DNA of 64,000 nt from an uncultured bacterium (GTDB lineage Bacteria; Chlamydiota; Chlamydiia; Chlamydiales; SM23-39): the NCBI GenBank assembly GCA_964630875.1, contig CAZVXF010000001.1, positions 36,688-100,687 on the forward strand. The letters run 5' to 3'. Position 1 is the stretch's first letter, and every line of letters starts with the position of its first letter. Of this stretch, positions 36,504 to 46,302 are shown in pieces. Both the position numbers and the translations under genes were made by a program. Below the pieces are notes generated by a model. It worked only from the letters and a program-made list of their open reading frames with translations, made no database searches and was not told the origin of the DNA.

Positions 36504-38831
36504 CGAGAGAACATCGATTTCCTCTCCATCCAAGAGAAGCTCTGCTGCAGCATTTTTTTTCTCTTTCATCCGCAGCATCTTCTCTTCGATGGTATTTGGA
36601 GTGAGATATCTCTTTACAATCACAGATTTCTTTTGACCGATTCGATGCGCGCGGTCGATCGCCTGACGCTCTACGGCATCGTTCCACCATGGATCCATGA
36701 TAAATACAGTTTCAGCTCTTGTTAAATTGAGCCCGACTCCGCCCGCTTTTAAGCTGAGTAAGAAAATGGTCGGTTCTGGATCTTCTTGAAACTGTGCCAC
36801 TAAGCGCGCTCTTTCTTCGGCCTTGATCTCTCCATCTAAATAGAGGAATTTTTTTCCCTCCTTTTCAAGTGCTTCAGCAATCAATTTCAAAGTAGCAGTA
36901 AATTGACTGAAGATCAGGGTTTTGCAATCTTCAAGATCCTCTAATAGTCGCTCGATTTTAGATCCCACAAAGATCTCACCGACAAGTCTTGGATCTACAC
37001 AAATTTGACGCAGGCGCAAGATCGCTTCTAAAACTTCCATGCGATGAGCTGAAATTCCATCCTTCTCTACCTTCGCAAGTAAGCCGCTTTTAAACTGAGA
37101 CAGATATTGTTCATAGAGAGCTTCTTGCGACTCGCTCATCTCAATCCAAGTGATTTGTTCAATTTTTTCAGGCAATTGAATCTCAACATCTCTTTTTTTA
37201 CGGCGCAAGGTGAAAGGCTTGATTTGTCTTGGGTCTGTAATCGAAAAATGGGGCATAAGAAACTGAAATTGAGAGCGTAACTCATCGAACCGATTTTCCA
37301 TCGGAGTTCCACTCAACGAGATTCGAAAATTCCCTTTCAGCTGACAAGCAGCTTTCGTTGTAAGAGTTCCGGCGGTTTTAATGGCATTGGCTTCATCTAA
37401 TACAATCACATCGAACTGAATTGCAGATAATATTTCTTTATCTTGGCGCAAAATCGCATAAGAAGTAATGATAATCCCTTGAGTTTGAGTCAGATCCTTG
37501 AAACGATCAGGTCCTGCATGAATCGTCACCTTCATACCCGGAAGAAAACGCCTGACCTCTTGCTGCCACTGATAAAGGAGAGAACTAGGAGCAACGACAA
37601 GAAGCGGCAAATTTGTCCGGATATGAGAAAAAAATGCTAGAACCTGGACCGTTTTTCCAAGTCCCATCTCATCGGCAAGCAGGCCTGAGAATCCCCATTT
37701 TTTTAAAAAGGCAAGAAAGTTAACTCCCAGCTGTTGGTATGGCAAAAGCTCTCCATGGAATGAATCCCCAATTTCGGCAACTTCTACACCTTCACCATTG
37801 CGTAAGCCTTCAATCATTTTTTGCAGACCTTCCTGCCACAAGACTTCATCCCCTTCTAAAAATGATAAAGTTCCTTTTTTGACAAGTATACGATCGTCTT
37901 TCCATTCTCCTTTCAATTCTGCAAATTTTCTTTTCTCAAGTAAACCGACTGCCGTTTCCATTTCAACAAACATTCCGTTTGTCTTCATTGCTTTGCTTAA
38001 ATCGACTTCTTTTTCAATAAATCGAACAGTGCCTCGAATTGCAAGTTTGTCTTCTTCTTCATTCACTTTCCAAGATACAGAAGTTTGTGGCAAAACAAGC
38101 TTTCCTGATGCCGAAAAAACTCTCCAGCCAACATCGAGTAAAAGCCGAATGGTTTCATACACTTTATCGCCAGGACAATAATAGAGCGACGAACCCACAC
38201 TCTTGCGAATGAAACCAGCCTCGAGTAAATCGTTTTCAAAATCTGCATCGAAATAGCGAAGATTTGCAAAGCAACCCGTAGAATCTGTCAACACAAGTTC
38301 AGGAACAATTTCCATTTTTTTAGAAATCACCGGTGGCTCTTCATCCAAAAACTTTTTCTTTTGAACGCCCTCTAACAGAATCGGGCCCTTCAAAAAAAGC
38401 TCGACCCATTTCCATGCAACATCTGTCACAATCTGAATGATCGTATCCTTCCAAAGCGCCCAACCAAACCCTACATACTGACATTCCTCGATCGGAATCT
38501 CCCCTATGCTCAAAGAGTAAGTTCCGTTGACCTCTTTCCAGTAGAGTTTTGTAGGATTTGCGAATTGCAATCGACTATTTTTATAAAACAGCCGTCCAGT
38601 CTTTACCACCAACTGTAGTGTCGAAAGGTTTGCATCAATACTTTGAACCGCATCTGTAGAACGGTGCGTTTTTTTGAGATATTCGATGACAGGCTTATCT
38701 TCTTCTTTTGCGAGAAGTTTGAATGTATCTAAATAGAGAATGCGTTTGATCCCGCTCTCTTCGAGACGAATAGAAGCCTTTTGCGGTGTAATCTCAAGTC
38801 GATACAGAATCATCTCATACCCATTAGACAA
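36492..38831 (-). CDS. SNF2/SWI2-family helicase-like ATPase
   Basis: 'LADEMGLGKTVQ' (motif I), 'VLDEANAIK' (motif II), and 'DPWWNDAVERQAIDRAHRIGQ' (motif VI). Confidence 0.88.
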   Translation of the reverse strand: MSNGYEMILYRLEITPQKASIRLEESGIKRILYLDTFKLLAKEEDKPVIEYLKKTHRSTDAVQSIDANLSTLQLVVKTGRLFYKNSRLQFANPTKLYWKEVNGTYSLSIGEIPIEECQYVGFGWALWKDTIIQIVTDVAWKWVELFLKGPILLEGVQKKKFLDEEPPVISKKMEIVPELVLTDSTGCFANLRYFDADFENDLLEAGFIRKSVGSSLYYCPGDKVYETIRLLLDVGWRVFSASGKLVLPQTSVSWKVNEEEDKLAIRGTVRFIEKEVDLSKAMKTNGMFVEMETAVGLLEKRKFAELKGEWKDDRILVKKGTLSFLEGDEVLWQEGLQKMIEGLRNGEGVEVAEIGDSFHGELLPYQQLGVNFLAFLKKWGFSGLLADEMGLGKTVQVLAFFSHIRTNLPLLVVAPSSLLYQWQQEVRRFLPGMKVTIHAGPDRFKDLTQTQGIIITSYAILRQDKEILSAIQFDVIVLDEANAIKTAGTLTTKAACQLKGNFRISLSGTPMENRFDELRSQFQFLMPHFSITDPRQIKPFTLRRKKRDVEIQLPEKIEQITWIEMSESQEALYEQYLSQFKSGLLAKVEKDGISAHRMEVLEAILRLRQICVDPRLVGEIFVGSKIERLLEDLEDCKTLIFSQFTATLKLIAEALEKEGKKFLYLDGEIKAEERARLVAQFQEDPEPTIFLLSLKAGGVGLNLTRAETVFIMDPWWNDAVERQAIDRAHRIGQKKSVIVKRYLTPNTIEEKMLRMKEKKNAAAELLLDGEEIDVLSLFF

Positions 38832-38876
38832 AGGAAAACAGTGAGATTTGTTGCCCGTACCGCCGTGGTGAATGTT

Positions 38877-39821
38877 CTACTGTTGTGCACTCATAGCAGC
38901 TTTCTCTTCGTGGTTCCACTTACGGAAAGGAATCGCATCCTCTTTATAAGGACGGACACGACCCGTTTCTAAGCACGAACTGCAGCAGCATCCTTGATGT
39001 TTTTTTAAACAAGATAAACAGCAAATAAACAGTTTATTACAATCCATATTCGCACAGTTGTAATAGACATCACATGTTGTTTGGCATAACGAACAATGCG
39101 AAATCGGAGCTGTATCTCCTTTGCCGATGGGGACAACTAAACGATCATCAAAAACAAAGAGTTTTCCCTTCCATTTCTCATCACCTTCTTGAAGACCGTA
39201 TTCTATGACACCGCCATCGAGCTGGAATACGTTTTCAAAACCCTCTTTTTTCATGACCGCGGAATAGAATTCGCAACGAATACCACCAGTACAATACATC
39301 ATGACAGTTGTCTTCGTCGGATCGCACTTTTCTTTCAGTGCTTTAGCATAGGCAGGAAATTGTCTAAACGTTTCAAGTTTTGGAAGTTCTGCACCTTCAA
39401 AATGGCCAACTTCCCACTCATAGTCATTACGCACATCGATCAAAAGAGTATTTTCATCTTTCGTCTCTAATTTCTTCTTCCATTCTCGTGGGGAAATATG
39501 TTCGCCCACAAAAGAAAAATCGACATCGCAGTCAATCGCAACAAGCTGTTTCCGATACTTCACAGTCATTTTGGGAAATGCATGCTGATCTGATTTGTGG
39601 ATTTTTATATCGATCTTTTCAAAGCGAGGATCTGAACGAAGCCAGGCAATATATTCTTCAGCGTGATCTTCTCTTCCGCTCGATTGTCCATTGATTCCTT
39701 GCTCGGAAATATAAATTCGTCCTTTAAAATCTCTTGTTTTAAAGAATTCTTTATGGCGTTCAACTTCAAGTTGAGGGTTGTCAATGCGACCAATGTGATA
39801 ATATGCTAAGACTGAATACAT
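38877..39821 (-). CDS. trhO: Rhodanese-domain tRNA U34 hydroxylase TrhO (YceA/UPF0176)
   Basis: The rhodanese loop 'MYCTGGIRCE', a UPF0176 N-domain and a Cys-rich C-terminal tail. Confidence 0.8.
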   Translation of the reverse strand: MYSVLAYYHIGRIDNPQLEVERHKEFFKTRDFKGRIYISEQGINGQSSGREDHAEEYIAWLRSDPRFEKIDIKIHKSDQHAFPKMTVKYRKQLVAIDCDVDFSFVGEHISPREWKKKLETKDENTLLIDVRNDYEWEVGHFEGAELPKLETFRQFPAYAKALKEKCDPTKTTVMMYCTGGIRCEFYSAVMKKEGFENVFQLDGGVIEYGLQEGDEKWKGKLFVFDDRLVVPIGKGDTAPISHCSLCQTTCDVYYNCANMDCNKLFICCLSCLKKHQGCCCSSCLETGRVRPYKEDAIPFRKWNHEEKAAMSAQQ

Positions 39822-39961
39822 AGCAGATGAGTATACGCAAAAAACCCCTTCCCTTCAAATATTCCTTTAACCATCTACCTTTCAACAACTTACGATTCCT
39901 ATTGTTGAAAAAATAAAGCCGTACTATACTGTACCCTTGTTCAAACGTTTTTGGAGAAACA

Positions 39962-40582
39962 ATGGCTCGATATAGAGGTCCTAAGAACCGCATTGCACGT
40001 AAATATGCCGCAAACATCTTCGGCAAAGCGCGCAATCCTATGCTACATAAGCAAAATCCACCAGGTCAGCATGGCGCAAAGCGTAAAAAGAAATCTGACT
40101 ATGGCTTACAGCTCGAAGAGAGACAAAAATTGAAAGCTGTATACGGCATGATCAGCCAAAAACAGCTCGTCAATGCGTACAAAAAAGCCCTTCTCTTAAA
40201 GGGAAATACAGCGCAACACTTCATCAATCAACTCGAGTGCAGACTCGATAATATTGTTTACAGACTCCGTTTTGGTTCTTCCATTTTCGCAGCCCAACAA
40301 CTCGTATCCCATGGACACATCCAAGTTGACGGCAAGAAAGTAGACCGCAGATCCTTCCAGGTTAAACCAGGAATGATTGTTTCTGTGAAGCCTGCATCGC
40401 GCCAAATGAAAGCGGTTCAAATGGCCCAGGAATATTCACAGCGCGAGCTCCCAGAGTATCTCTCTTTGGCAGAAGATAAACATTCAGGACAAGTTTTGAT
40501 CGCACCACAAATCGATCAAGTTCCACTCCCGCTGCCAATCAATATTCCGCTCGTCTGCGAATTCATCTCGCACACATCTTAA
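39962..40582 (+). CDS. rpsD: 30S ribosomal protein S4
   Basis: 'MARYRGPKNRIARK...' and the S4 domain 'RLDNIVYRLRFGSSIFAAQQLVSHGHIQVDGKKV'. Confidence 0.95.
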   Translation: MARYRGPKNRIARKYAANIFGKARNPMLHKQNPPGQHGAKRKKKSDYGLQLEERQKLKAVYGMISQKQLVNAYKKALLLKGNTAQHFINQLECRLDNIVYRLRFGSSIFAAQQLVSHGHIQVDGKKVDRRSFQVKPGMIVSVKPASRQMKAVQMAQEYSQRELPEYLSLAEDKHSGQVLIAPQIDQVPLPLPINIPLVCEFISHTS

Positions 40583-40626
40583 TCGTACGATAACCACTTT
40601 TTTCTCACGAGAAAAGTGGTTTATTT

Positions 40627-42168
40627 TCAAACTAATTCTTGTTCTTTTTGATTCCAGCGAATGCCCAGAGCATAGCATGAGCCTACAAATACGGAACAAA
40701 ATAGACTTCCCATGCAGAGAAGCTGCATACATTGCCTTGAAAAAGATCTTGTAAAAGTCGCATCTGTAAAAGTCACATCTCCAAGGAATGCATATCCTAC
40801 ATAGATCGTTGCGATGGCAGCACTCAATCCACAGAAAATAATGCGGCCAAAAAACTTCCAAAGATCGAGATGTAAATTTATTTTTGAATAATAGACGAGA
40901 ACAGAACAGTTCACAAAGGCAGCTATACTTGTGCTGATGGCAATGCTAAACGCCCCCAGATGAAGCCCAAAAACAAGGAAACTTGTCAAAACGGTATGAA
41001 ATACTACCGAAGTAAGAGATGCAATCGTCGGAACAGTATACGTTTTTTTTGCATAAAAACTTGAGGCCATCAGCAAAATCATCACGGAAGGAAGTAATCC
41101 AAGGCCATACCCCCATAAACAATAGAGAGTTTGTTGCACATCTAAAGGTGAGAAATCTCCATGTCCGTAAAGAAGATTAAGACCTGGCCCTCCAAGAGCT
41201 AAGAGTCCGAAAGTACAGGGCACAATTAAGATAGCGCTCGCATGCAGAGCCTTATTGAGTAGTGCTGAATAGCGATCGATTGCACCGTCAACTATGGCTC
41301 GTGAAAGAGGTGGCAGTAGTGCGCCAGAAAGGGCGATTCCAAAGAGAGCCAGAGGAAGCTGTTCAACGCGGATTGCATACCAAAGGTATGCGGGACCGGA
41401 AAGGTCTGATATTCTAGAAAATATTGCATCTAAAGCACTGTTCAGTTGTGTGGCTCCGACTCCAATGACGCCCAAAGAAATGGGCTTGATCATTTTTTTT
41501 AATTCGAGAGAAAAAATCTGTGGACGCAACCACTCGCCCCAAGATAGTGAAACGAACTGTCGCGTTTGAAGAAGAGTGACTGCCCATTGTAAAATAAAAG
41601 CAATTGTAATCCCAAAAGAGAGAAACTCCATGGCCTTATTGAGTGGTAAAAAAGAGGCGAAAAGAGCTGCGATGATCCAGCAAAGATTGAATAAAACGGG
41701 AGCAAATCCAGATAAAAAATACTTTTTTTGCGTTTGTAAGAAGGCACTATTGAGAGCATAAAGACAGATAAAAAGAAGACCAGGTAGCATTCGCATGCTC
41801 AGAGAGATGATTGCTTTCCAATCATTGGAAAAAAAATGGGAAATCCCCCATAAAATGCCTTCTAGGCATAGAATGATGAAAAGAAGAAAACTGGTTAAAG
41901 AAAAGGTACAATCGCGGTAAAAATAGAGAGATTCTTTTTCTTGGAGTGATGAAAAATGGGGAATAAAACCTGCTTGTAAGCTCCCATCCCCTAATAATCT
42001 ACGAAAGAGATTCGCAAACCGATAGGCAACCATAAACGCACCTATTTCAGGTGCGCTTCCAAAACAAATAGCCATCGCAATATCGCGGAAAGCCCCGCTG
42101 ATACGGCTGAGCAATGTTCCCGCAAAAAAACGTTTTGCAAACCGAATCACCAATTGACTTGAATCCAT
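40627..42168 (-). CDS. murJ: Lipid II flippase MurJ (MviN)
   Basis: 513-aa polytopic protein with 'GTLLSRISGAFRDIAMAICFG' and 'RRLLGDGSLQAGFIP'. Confidence 0.88.
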   Translation of the reverse strand: MDSSQLVIRFAKRFFAGTLLSRISGAFRDIAMAICFGSAPEIGAFMVAYRFANLFRRLLGDGSLQAGFIPHFSSLQEKESLYFYRDCTFSLTSFLLFIILCLEGILWGISHFFSNDWKAIISLSMRMLPGLLFICLYALNSAFLQTQKKYFLSGFAPVLFNLCWIIAALFASFLPLNKAMEFLSFGITIAFILQWAVTLLQTRQFVSLSWGEWLRPQIFSLELKKMIKPISLGVIGVGATQLNSALDAIFSRISDLSGPAYLWYAIRVEQLPLALFGIALSGALLPPLSRAIVDGAIDRYSALLNKALHASAILIVPCTFGLLALGGPGLNLLYGHGDFSPLDVQQTLYCLWGYGLGLLPSVMILLMASSFYAKKTYTVPTIASLTSVVFHTVLTSFLVFGLHLGAFSIAISTSIAAFVNCSVLVYYSKINLHLDLWKFFGRIIFCGLSAAIATIYVGYAFLGDVTFTDATFTRSFSRQCMQLLCMGSLFCSVFVGSCYALGIRWNQKEQELV

Positions 42169-42259
42169 TGTATCTCAGTATAGACTTCGGACGTAAAATT
42201 GAACAACCATGAGCTGTAGTCATGCAATGAAAAATTCACAAATGTGGTATGATTAATCA

Positions 42260-44065
42260 ATGACTTTTAATCCAAAGACCTTGGCCCTATATCCAGAGGA
42301 GCCAGGCGTTTATTTAATGAAAGACCATACTGGCGTTGTCCTTTACGTAGGGAAGGCAAAGCATCTGAGAAATCGTCTCAAGCAGTATTTTGGTGCGGCC
42401 AAAGATACACGCGAAATGGTCCCTTACTTAACAGCGCAAGTAGTCACAATTGATACAATTGTTGCTCTCACAGAAAAAGATGCGCTGATTTTAGAAAACA
42501 CTCTAATTAAGAAGTATAAACCCAAATACAATGTCCTATTGAAAGATGATAAGACATTTATCAGTTTAGTCATGACGCGCCATCAATGGCCAACATTACG
42601 CCTTGTGCGGTACAAAGGACTTCCCCCCAAAAATGAAGGCACCTATTTTGGCCCTTATACGAACGCATTAGCCGCAAGACAAACGTACGATTTGCTTTCA
42701 CGAATGTTTCCATTACGTCAATGCTCCGATAGCGAGCTTGCAAATCGGGTAAGACCTTGTCTTTTGTATGAGATCAAACGATGCATTGCACCCTGCGTGA
42801 ATCTATGCACAAAAACCGAATACGATACACTTGTCGAATCCGCTTCTCGCCTTTTGAAAGGAAAAGATAAAGATGTTTTCCAAGAGCTGCATAAACAAAT
42901 GGAAACGGCTGCAGAACTCCTTGATTTTGAAAAAGCGCAAGAGCTAAAAAATCTGATTCAGCAGATTCAGCATGTGACCGAAGTCCAGCATATCAACAAT
43001 CCTGAAGCAAAAGATGCTGACGCTCTTGGACTTTATCGCGAAGCCAATAGTGTGATGATTGCTCTATTGATGTTTCGGGAAGGCAAAATTGTGGGATCAG
43101 AGCACTTTAGCTTTCAGTTTATCGCTTCAAACGATGCAGAAATCATCAGTTCTTTCATTCTCCAGCATTATAAAGAAGAAGCACCGAAAGAAATCCTTAT
43201 TCCGACAGAAATACCAGAGATCGATACCTTGCAAGAAATCTTGTCAGAGACTGTCAAAGTGACGATTGCCTGCCCTAAAAAAGGAAGAAAGCAAGATTTA
43301 GTCGAAATGGCAATGCGCAATGCAAGAGCATTATTCATTCGCGAAGAAGATACCCGCTCATTGAAAGAAAAAATGTTACTTGATCTTGCAGAAACACTTC
43401 AACTCAACCACTTTCCTCGCAGAATTGAATGCTTTGATACATCCAACATTTCAGGAACAGATCCCGTCGCAAGCCTTGTCACTTTTGTGAATGGAGAATT
43501 GGATCGCTCGCGCACACGGCTTTTTAAGATTAAAACCGCAGAAAAAGCAGATGATTATACAGCGATGAAAGAGGTGCTAAGGAGACACTTTATCAAATCA
43601 AAAGAGAACAATGACTTTTGTGATCTTCTCATTGTCGACGGAGGAAAAGGACAGCTCGGTATTGCATTGGAAGTGTTTAGAGAACTCGATATCGCAGTCG
43701 TCGACGTGATCGCGCTCACGAAAGAAGACTCCTTGCATACAAAAGGTCTGACCCAAGAAAAGGTCTATATGCCTAATCGACTCGACCCCATTCTCATCGA
43801 CCTGCGCTCCCCTATGCTTTTTTTCTTACAAAAAATTCGCGATGCAGCCCATAAGAAAGCCATTGAATTTCATCGTAAACGACGTTCCAAACGAACTTTC
43901 TCTAGCGAACTTGACACTCTTCCTGGTATCGGACCTGTGAAAAAGAAGGCCCTCCTCAAGCGTTTCGGCAGCGTCAAAGCGATCAAAAGCTCCACACGCG
44001 AGGAACTTGAACAGGTAGAGTGTCTGAATCAAAAAGACATCGAAAATCTCTTAAAAAACCGATAA
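42260..44065 (+). CDS. uvrC: Excinuclease ABC subunit C
   Basis: GIY-YIG 'PGVYLMKD..GVVLYVGKAKHLRNRL', a UVR domain, an RNase H-like endonuclease region, and the C-terminal (HhH)2 'LDTLPGIGPVKKKALLKRFGS'. Confidence 0.93.
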   Translation: MTFNPKTLALYPEEPGVYLMKDHTGVVLYVGKAKHLRNRLKQYFGAAKDTREMVPYLTAQVVTIDTIVALTEKDALILENTLIKKYKPKYNVLLKDDKTFISLVMTRHQWPTLRLVRYKGLPPKNEGTYFGPYTNALAARQTYDLLSRMFPLRQCSDSELANRVRPCLLYEIKRCIAPCVNLCTKTEYDTLVESASRLLKGKDKDVFQELHKQMETAAELLDFEKAQELKNLIQQIQHVTEVQHINNPEAKDADALGLYREANSVMIALLMFREGKIVGSEHFSFQFIASNDAEIISSFILQHYKEEAPKEILIPTEIPEIDTLQEILSETVKVTIACPKKGRKQDLVEMAMRNARALFIREEDTRSLKEKMLLDLAETLQLNHFPRRIECFDTSNISGTDPVASLVTFVNGELDRSRTRLFKIKTAEKADDYTAMKEVLRRHFIKSKENNDFCDLLIVDGGKGQLGIALEVFRELDIAVVDVIALTKEDSLHTKGLTQEKVYMPNRLDPILIDLRSPMLFFLQKIRDAAHKKAIEFHRKRRSKRTFSSELDTLPGIGPVKKKALLKRFGSVKAIKSSTREELEQVECLNQKDIENLLKNR

Positions 44066-44087
44066 TACGATCAAATTTTTGATTGTC

Positions 44088-44516
44088 TTAAGTAAGCTCA
44101 AACGTTTCCTCTTCTTTTGATTCTTCACCCTTTTCTTGAGGAGCAATCAGATTTTTAAAAATAACATGTATTGAAGAAACGTGAAGACCAGTCCATTGCG
44201 TAATTTCTTCTGAAATCTTTGATTGAATTTCTTCAGATTTCTCCGGAATAGAAACTCCATAAACAATGTTAATTTCAATACGAACAGTAACCGATTTTCC
44301 TTTTTGTTCTTGTTCGACATGAATTCCTTTGGCCCGGTCAATATCCCGACCCAACAAACTATCAATAAGATTCCCTTCAATTAGACCAATATTTTCAATT
44401 TTGGATAACACATGTAATACAATTCCTTGTAGAACACGTGAATCGATATCTCGAATAAAGACAGTCTCTGGTAGCTCGATCTCTCGTGCATCCATATTTT
44501 TTAGTTGATTGAACAT
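44088..44516 (-). CDS. Asp23/Gls24-family (alkaline shock protein-like) protein
   Basis: 142 aa. The patterns 'IRDIDSRVLQGIVLHVLSKIENI' and 'VRIEINIVYGVSIPEKSEEIQSKI' fit DUF322/Asp23. Confidence 0.55.
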   Translation of the reverse strand: MFNQLKNMDAREIELPETVFIRDIDSRVLQGIVLHVLSKIENIGLIEGNLIDSLLGRDIDRAKGIHVEQEQKGKSVTVRIEINIVYGVSIPEKSEEIQSKISEEITQWTGLHVSSIHVIFKNLIAPQEKGEESKEEETFELT

Positions 44517-44668
44517 GGCTCACCTCTAGTTTATATAGTCGTATAAATCATATTTGATCGCTGCTGCCAAGCTGACGCAGACAAAAACCAATTTTTGAAT
44601 TCACTTCGGTATATTGTATACAAAGGAGAAATTTTCACAAAATCTCAGTTGTGCTATCATTTAAAAAA

Positions 44669-45058
44669 ATGAAAGAGCTCATCAATCCCACATTCTTTAT
44701 TTTATCCAGCATTTATGGAATGATTAGTGGCTATCTCGCATATAGACGTCAAAAAAATCCCTATCTATGGTTTCTCATCGGATTTTGTTTTGGGCTAATA
44801 GGGATTGCTTTTTTTCTCATCCCACAGAAAAAACGAAATGCCCGAATCAAACAAGAACCTATAATGGTTCTTCATGGCCCAACAGATAAACTATGGTTTT
44901 ATTTAGATCCCACCCATCAACAAGTTGGACCGATGAGTTATAACGGAATACTTAAAGCCTTCTCAGAAAAGACAATCTCAAAAGAGACTTATGTTTGGCA
45001 TGAAAACTTAACGGAATGGAAAAAACTGAGTGAGTTATACCAACAGATAAATTCATAA
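44669..45058 (+). CDS. Membrane protein with C-terminal GYF_2 (DUF4339) domain
   Basis: Two TM segments, then 'WFYLDPTHQQVGPMSYNGILKAF......YVWHENLTEWKKLSEL'. The start is ambiguous between GTG 44651 and ATG 44669. Confidence 0.65.
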   Translation: MKELINPTFFILSSIYGMISGYLAYRRQKNPYLWFLIGFCFGLIGIAFFLIPQKKRNARIKQEPIMVLHGPTDKLWFYLDPTHQQVGPMSYNGILKAFSEKTISKETYVWHENLTEWKKLSELYQQINS

Positions 45059-45102
45059 ATTGAATTTATACGCTGTTTGGAGTCGAAGTGATTAAAAAAA
45101 AA

Positions 45103-45128
45103 GAGCAACCCTTTTACAAGGGATGCTC
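45103..45128. terminator. Bidirectional terminator hairpin between convergent genes
   Basis: gagcaaccctt-ttac-aagggatgctc has one mismatch. An A-run lies upstream and a T-rich context downstream. Confidence 0.5.
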
Positions 45129-45154
45129 AATTTATCTGAAAAATAAGAAGAATT

Positions 45155-45460
45155 TTACCAGCTAGCTTTTACAATACCAGGGATTAAACCTTGGTTTGCC
45201 ATTTCGCGGAAGCAAAGGCGGGAAAGCTTAAATTTGCGCAAGAAGCCACGTGAACGACCCGTAAGTTGGCATCGGTTGCGGAGACGAATTGCTGAAGAAT
45301 TCTTTGGCATTTTATTCAAAGAATCAACGGCTTCAAGGCGTTCCTCGATCGGTTTTTTCATGTCTAAAATGATCGCCTTTAGGCGTGCACGTTTGTCAAA
45401 GCTATTTTTTACTAGTGTTTCGCGTTTCTTTTGCTTTGCAATGGAAGATTTTTTTGCCAT
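45155..45460 (-). CDS. rpsN: 30S ribosomal protein S14
   Basis: '[43 protein letters not shown]'. Confidence 0.95.
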   Translation of the reverse strand: MAKKSSIAKQKKRETLVKNSFDKRARLKAIILDMKKPIEERLEAVDSLNKMPKNSSAIRLRNRCQLTGRSRGFLRKFKLSRLCFREMANQGLIPGIVKASW

Positions 45461-45469
45461 TCCTATACC

Positions 45470-45607
45470 TTATTTTTTACGACCAGGGCCTTTCTGGCGC
45501 TGTTTACGGTTCGGGTCTCTTTTATTTACCACGTATACACGACCACGACGGAGAACGATTTTATCGCCCTTCGATGCATCGGCTTTAATAGAAGCACCTA
45601 CTTTCAT
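45470..45607 (-). CDS. rpmJ: 50S ribosomal protein L36 (Cys-less type), missed by the ORF track
   Basis: The reverse complement translates to [45 protein letters not shown] (45 aa). It ends 9 nt upstream of the rpsN start. Confidence 0.85.
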   Translation of the reverse strand: MKVGASIKADASKGDKIVLRRGRVYVVNKRDPNRKQRQKGPGRKK

Positions 45608-45835
45608 GATTTATACCTCATAGAAGGTTCAAATTTATACACAAAAGCAGATTTCCAAGCAATAAGAAAAGAAAAAGATCATCTGAAAGCGTGATCGTTT
45701 GCCTTCGCGCTATCGATTCCTAAAATTATTCCTTACGATCATTGCAATTCCCTCTGAGCATTATATCTTGATATTTATCTATCGTTCCAGCTATTCTTTA
45801 CAGAACAATATACAAACTACTTATTTGGATGAACC

Positions 45836-45970
45836 ATGAAACGCACATACAACCCAAGCAAGCTAAAGAGAGCACGCAAGTTCGGATTCCGTGCCCGAAT
45901 GAAAACAGTGGGAGGCCGCAAGGTCATCCGCCGTCGCAGAAATGTGGGCAGAAAGCAACTCGCGGCTTAA
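45836..45970 (+). CDS. rpmH: 50S ribosomal protein L34, missed by the ORF track
   Basis: Translation is [44 protein letters not shown]. It is in a different frame from the 149-aa track ORF. Confidence 0.92.
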   Translation: MKRTYNPSKLKRARKFGFRARMKTVGGRKVIRRRRNVGRKQLAA

Positions 45971-45978
45971 GTAAATCC

Positions 45979-46278
45979 TTGCTCCTTAAAAAAAGGTGTG
46001 AATTTAAGAGCGTCAGAGAGAAAGGAAATCGTCTTATAGGTCGTTTCCTTTGCATCGATCAAAAGAAAGGCGCACCTTTACGCTTTGGGATTACTGTATC
46101 CAAAAAATTTGGCAATTCCCCCGAAAGAAATCGATTCAAACGATTGGTCAGGGAATCTTTTCGTACAGCTCTCCATCTACTTCCCCAAGATTCAGAATTG
46201 AATATTTCACCACGCAATTTTGCAAAGCACGCGAAAATGAATGACATTCAAAATGAATTGCTCAGTTTGCTAAAATAA
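45979..46278 (+). CDS. rnpA: RNase P protein component
   Basis: 'LLKKRCEFKSVREKGNRLIGRFLCI...RFGITVSKKFGNSPERNRFKRLVRESFR'. The start is uncertain: TTG at 45979 is proposed, and the first 50 codons of the track ORF are an out-of-frame read of rpmH. Confidence 0.8.
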   Translation: MLLKKRCEFKSVREKGNRLIGRFLCIDQKKGAPLRFGITVSKKFGNSPERNRFKRLVRESFRTALHLLPQDSELNISPRNFAKHAKMNDIQNELLSLLK

Positions 46279-46302
46279 CAGAATTGACGACAGAGCACAC
46301 AG

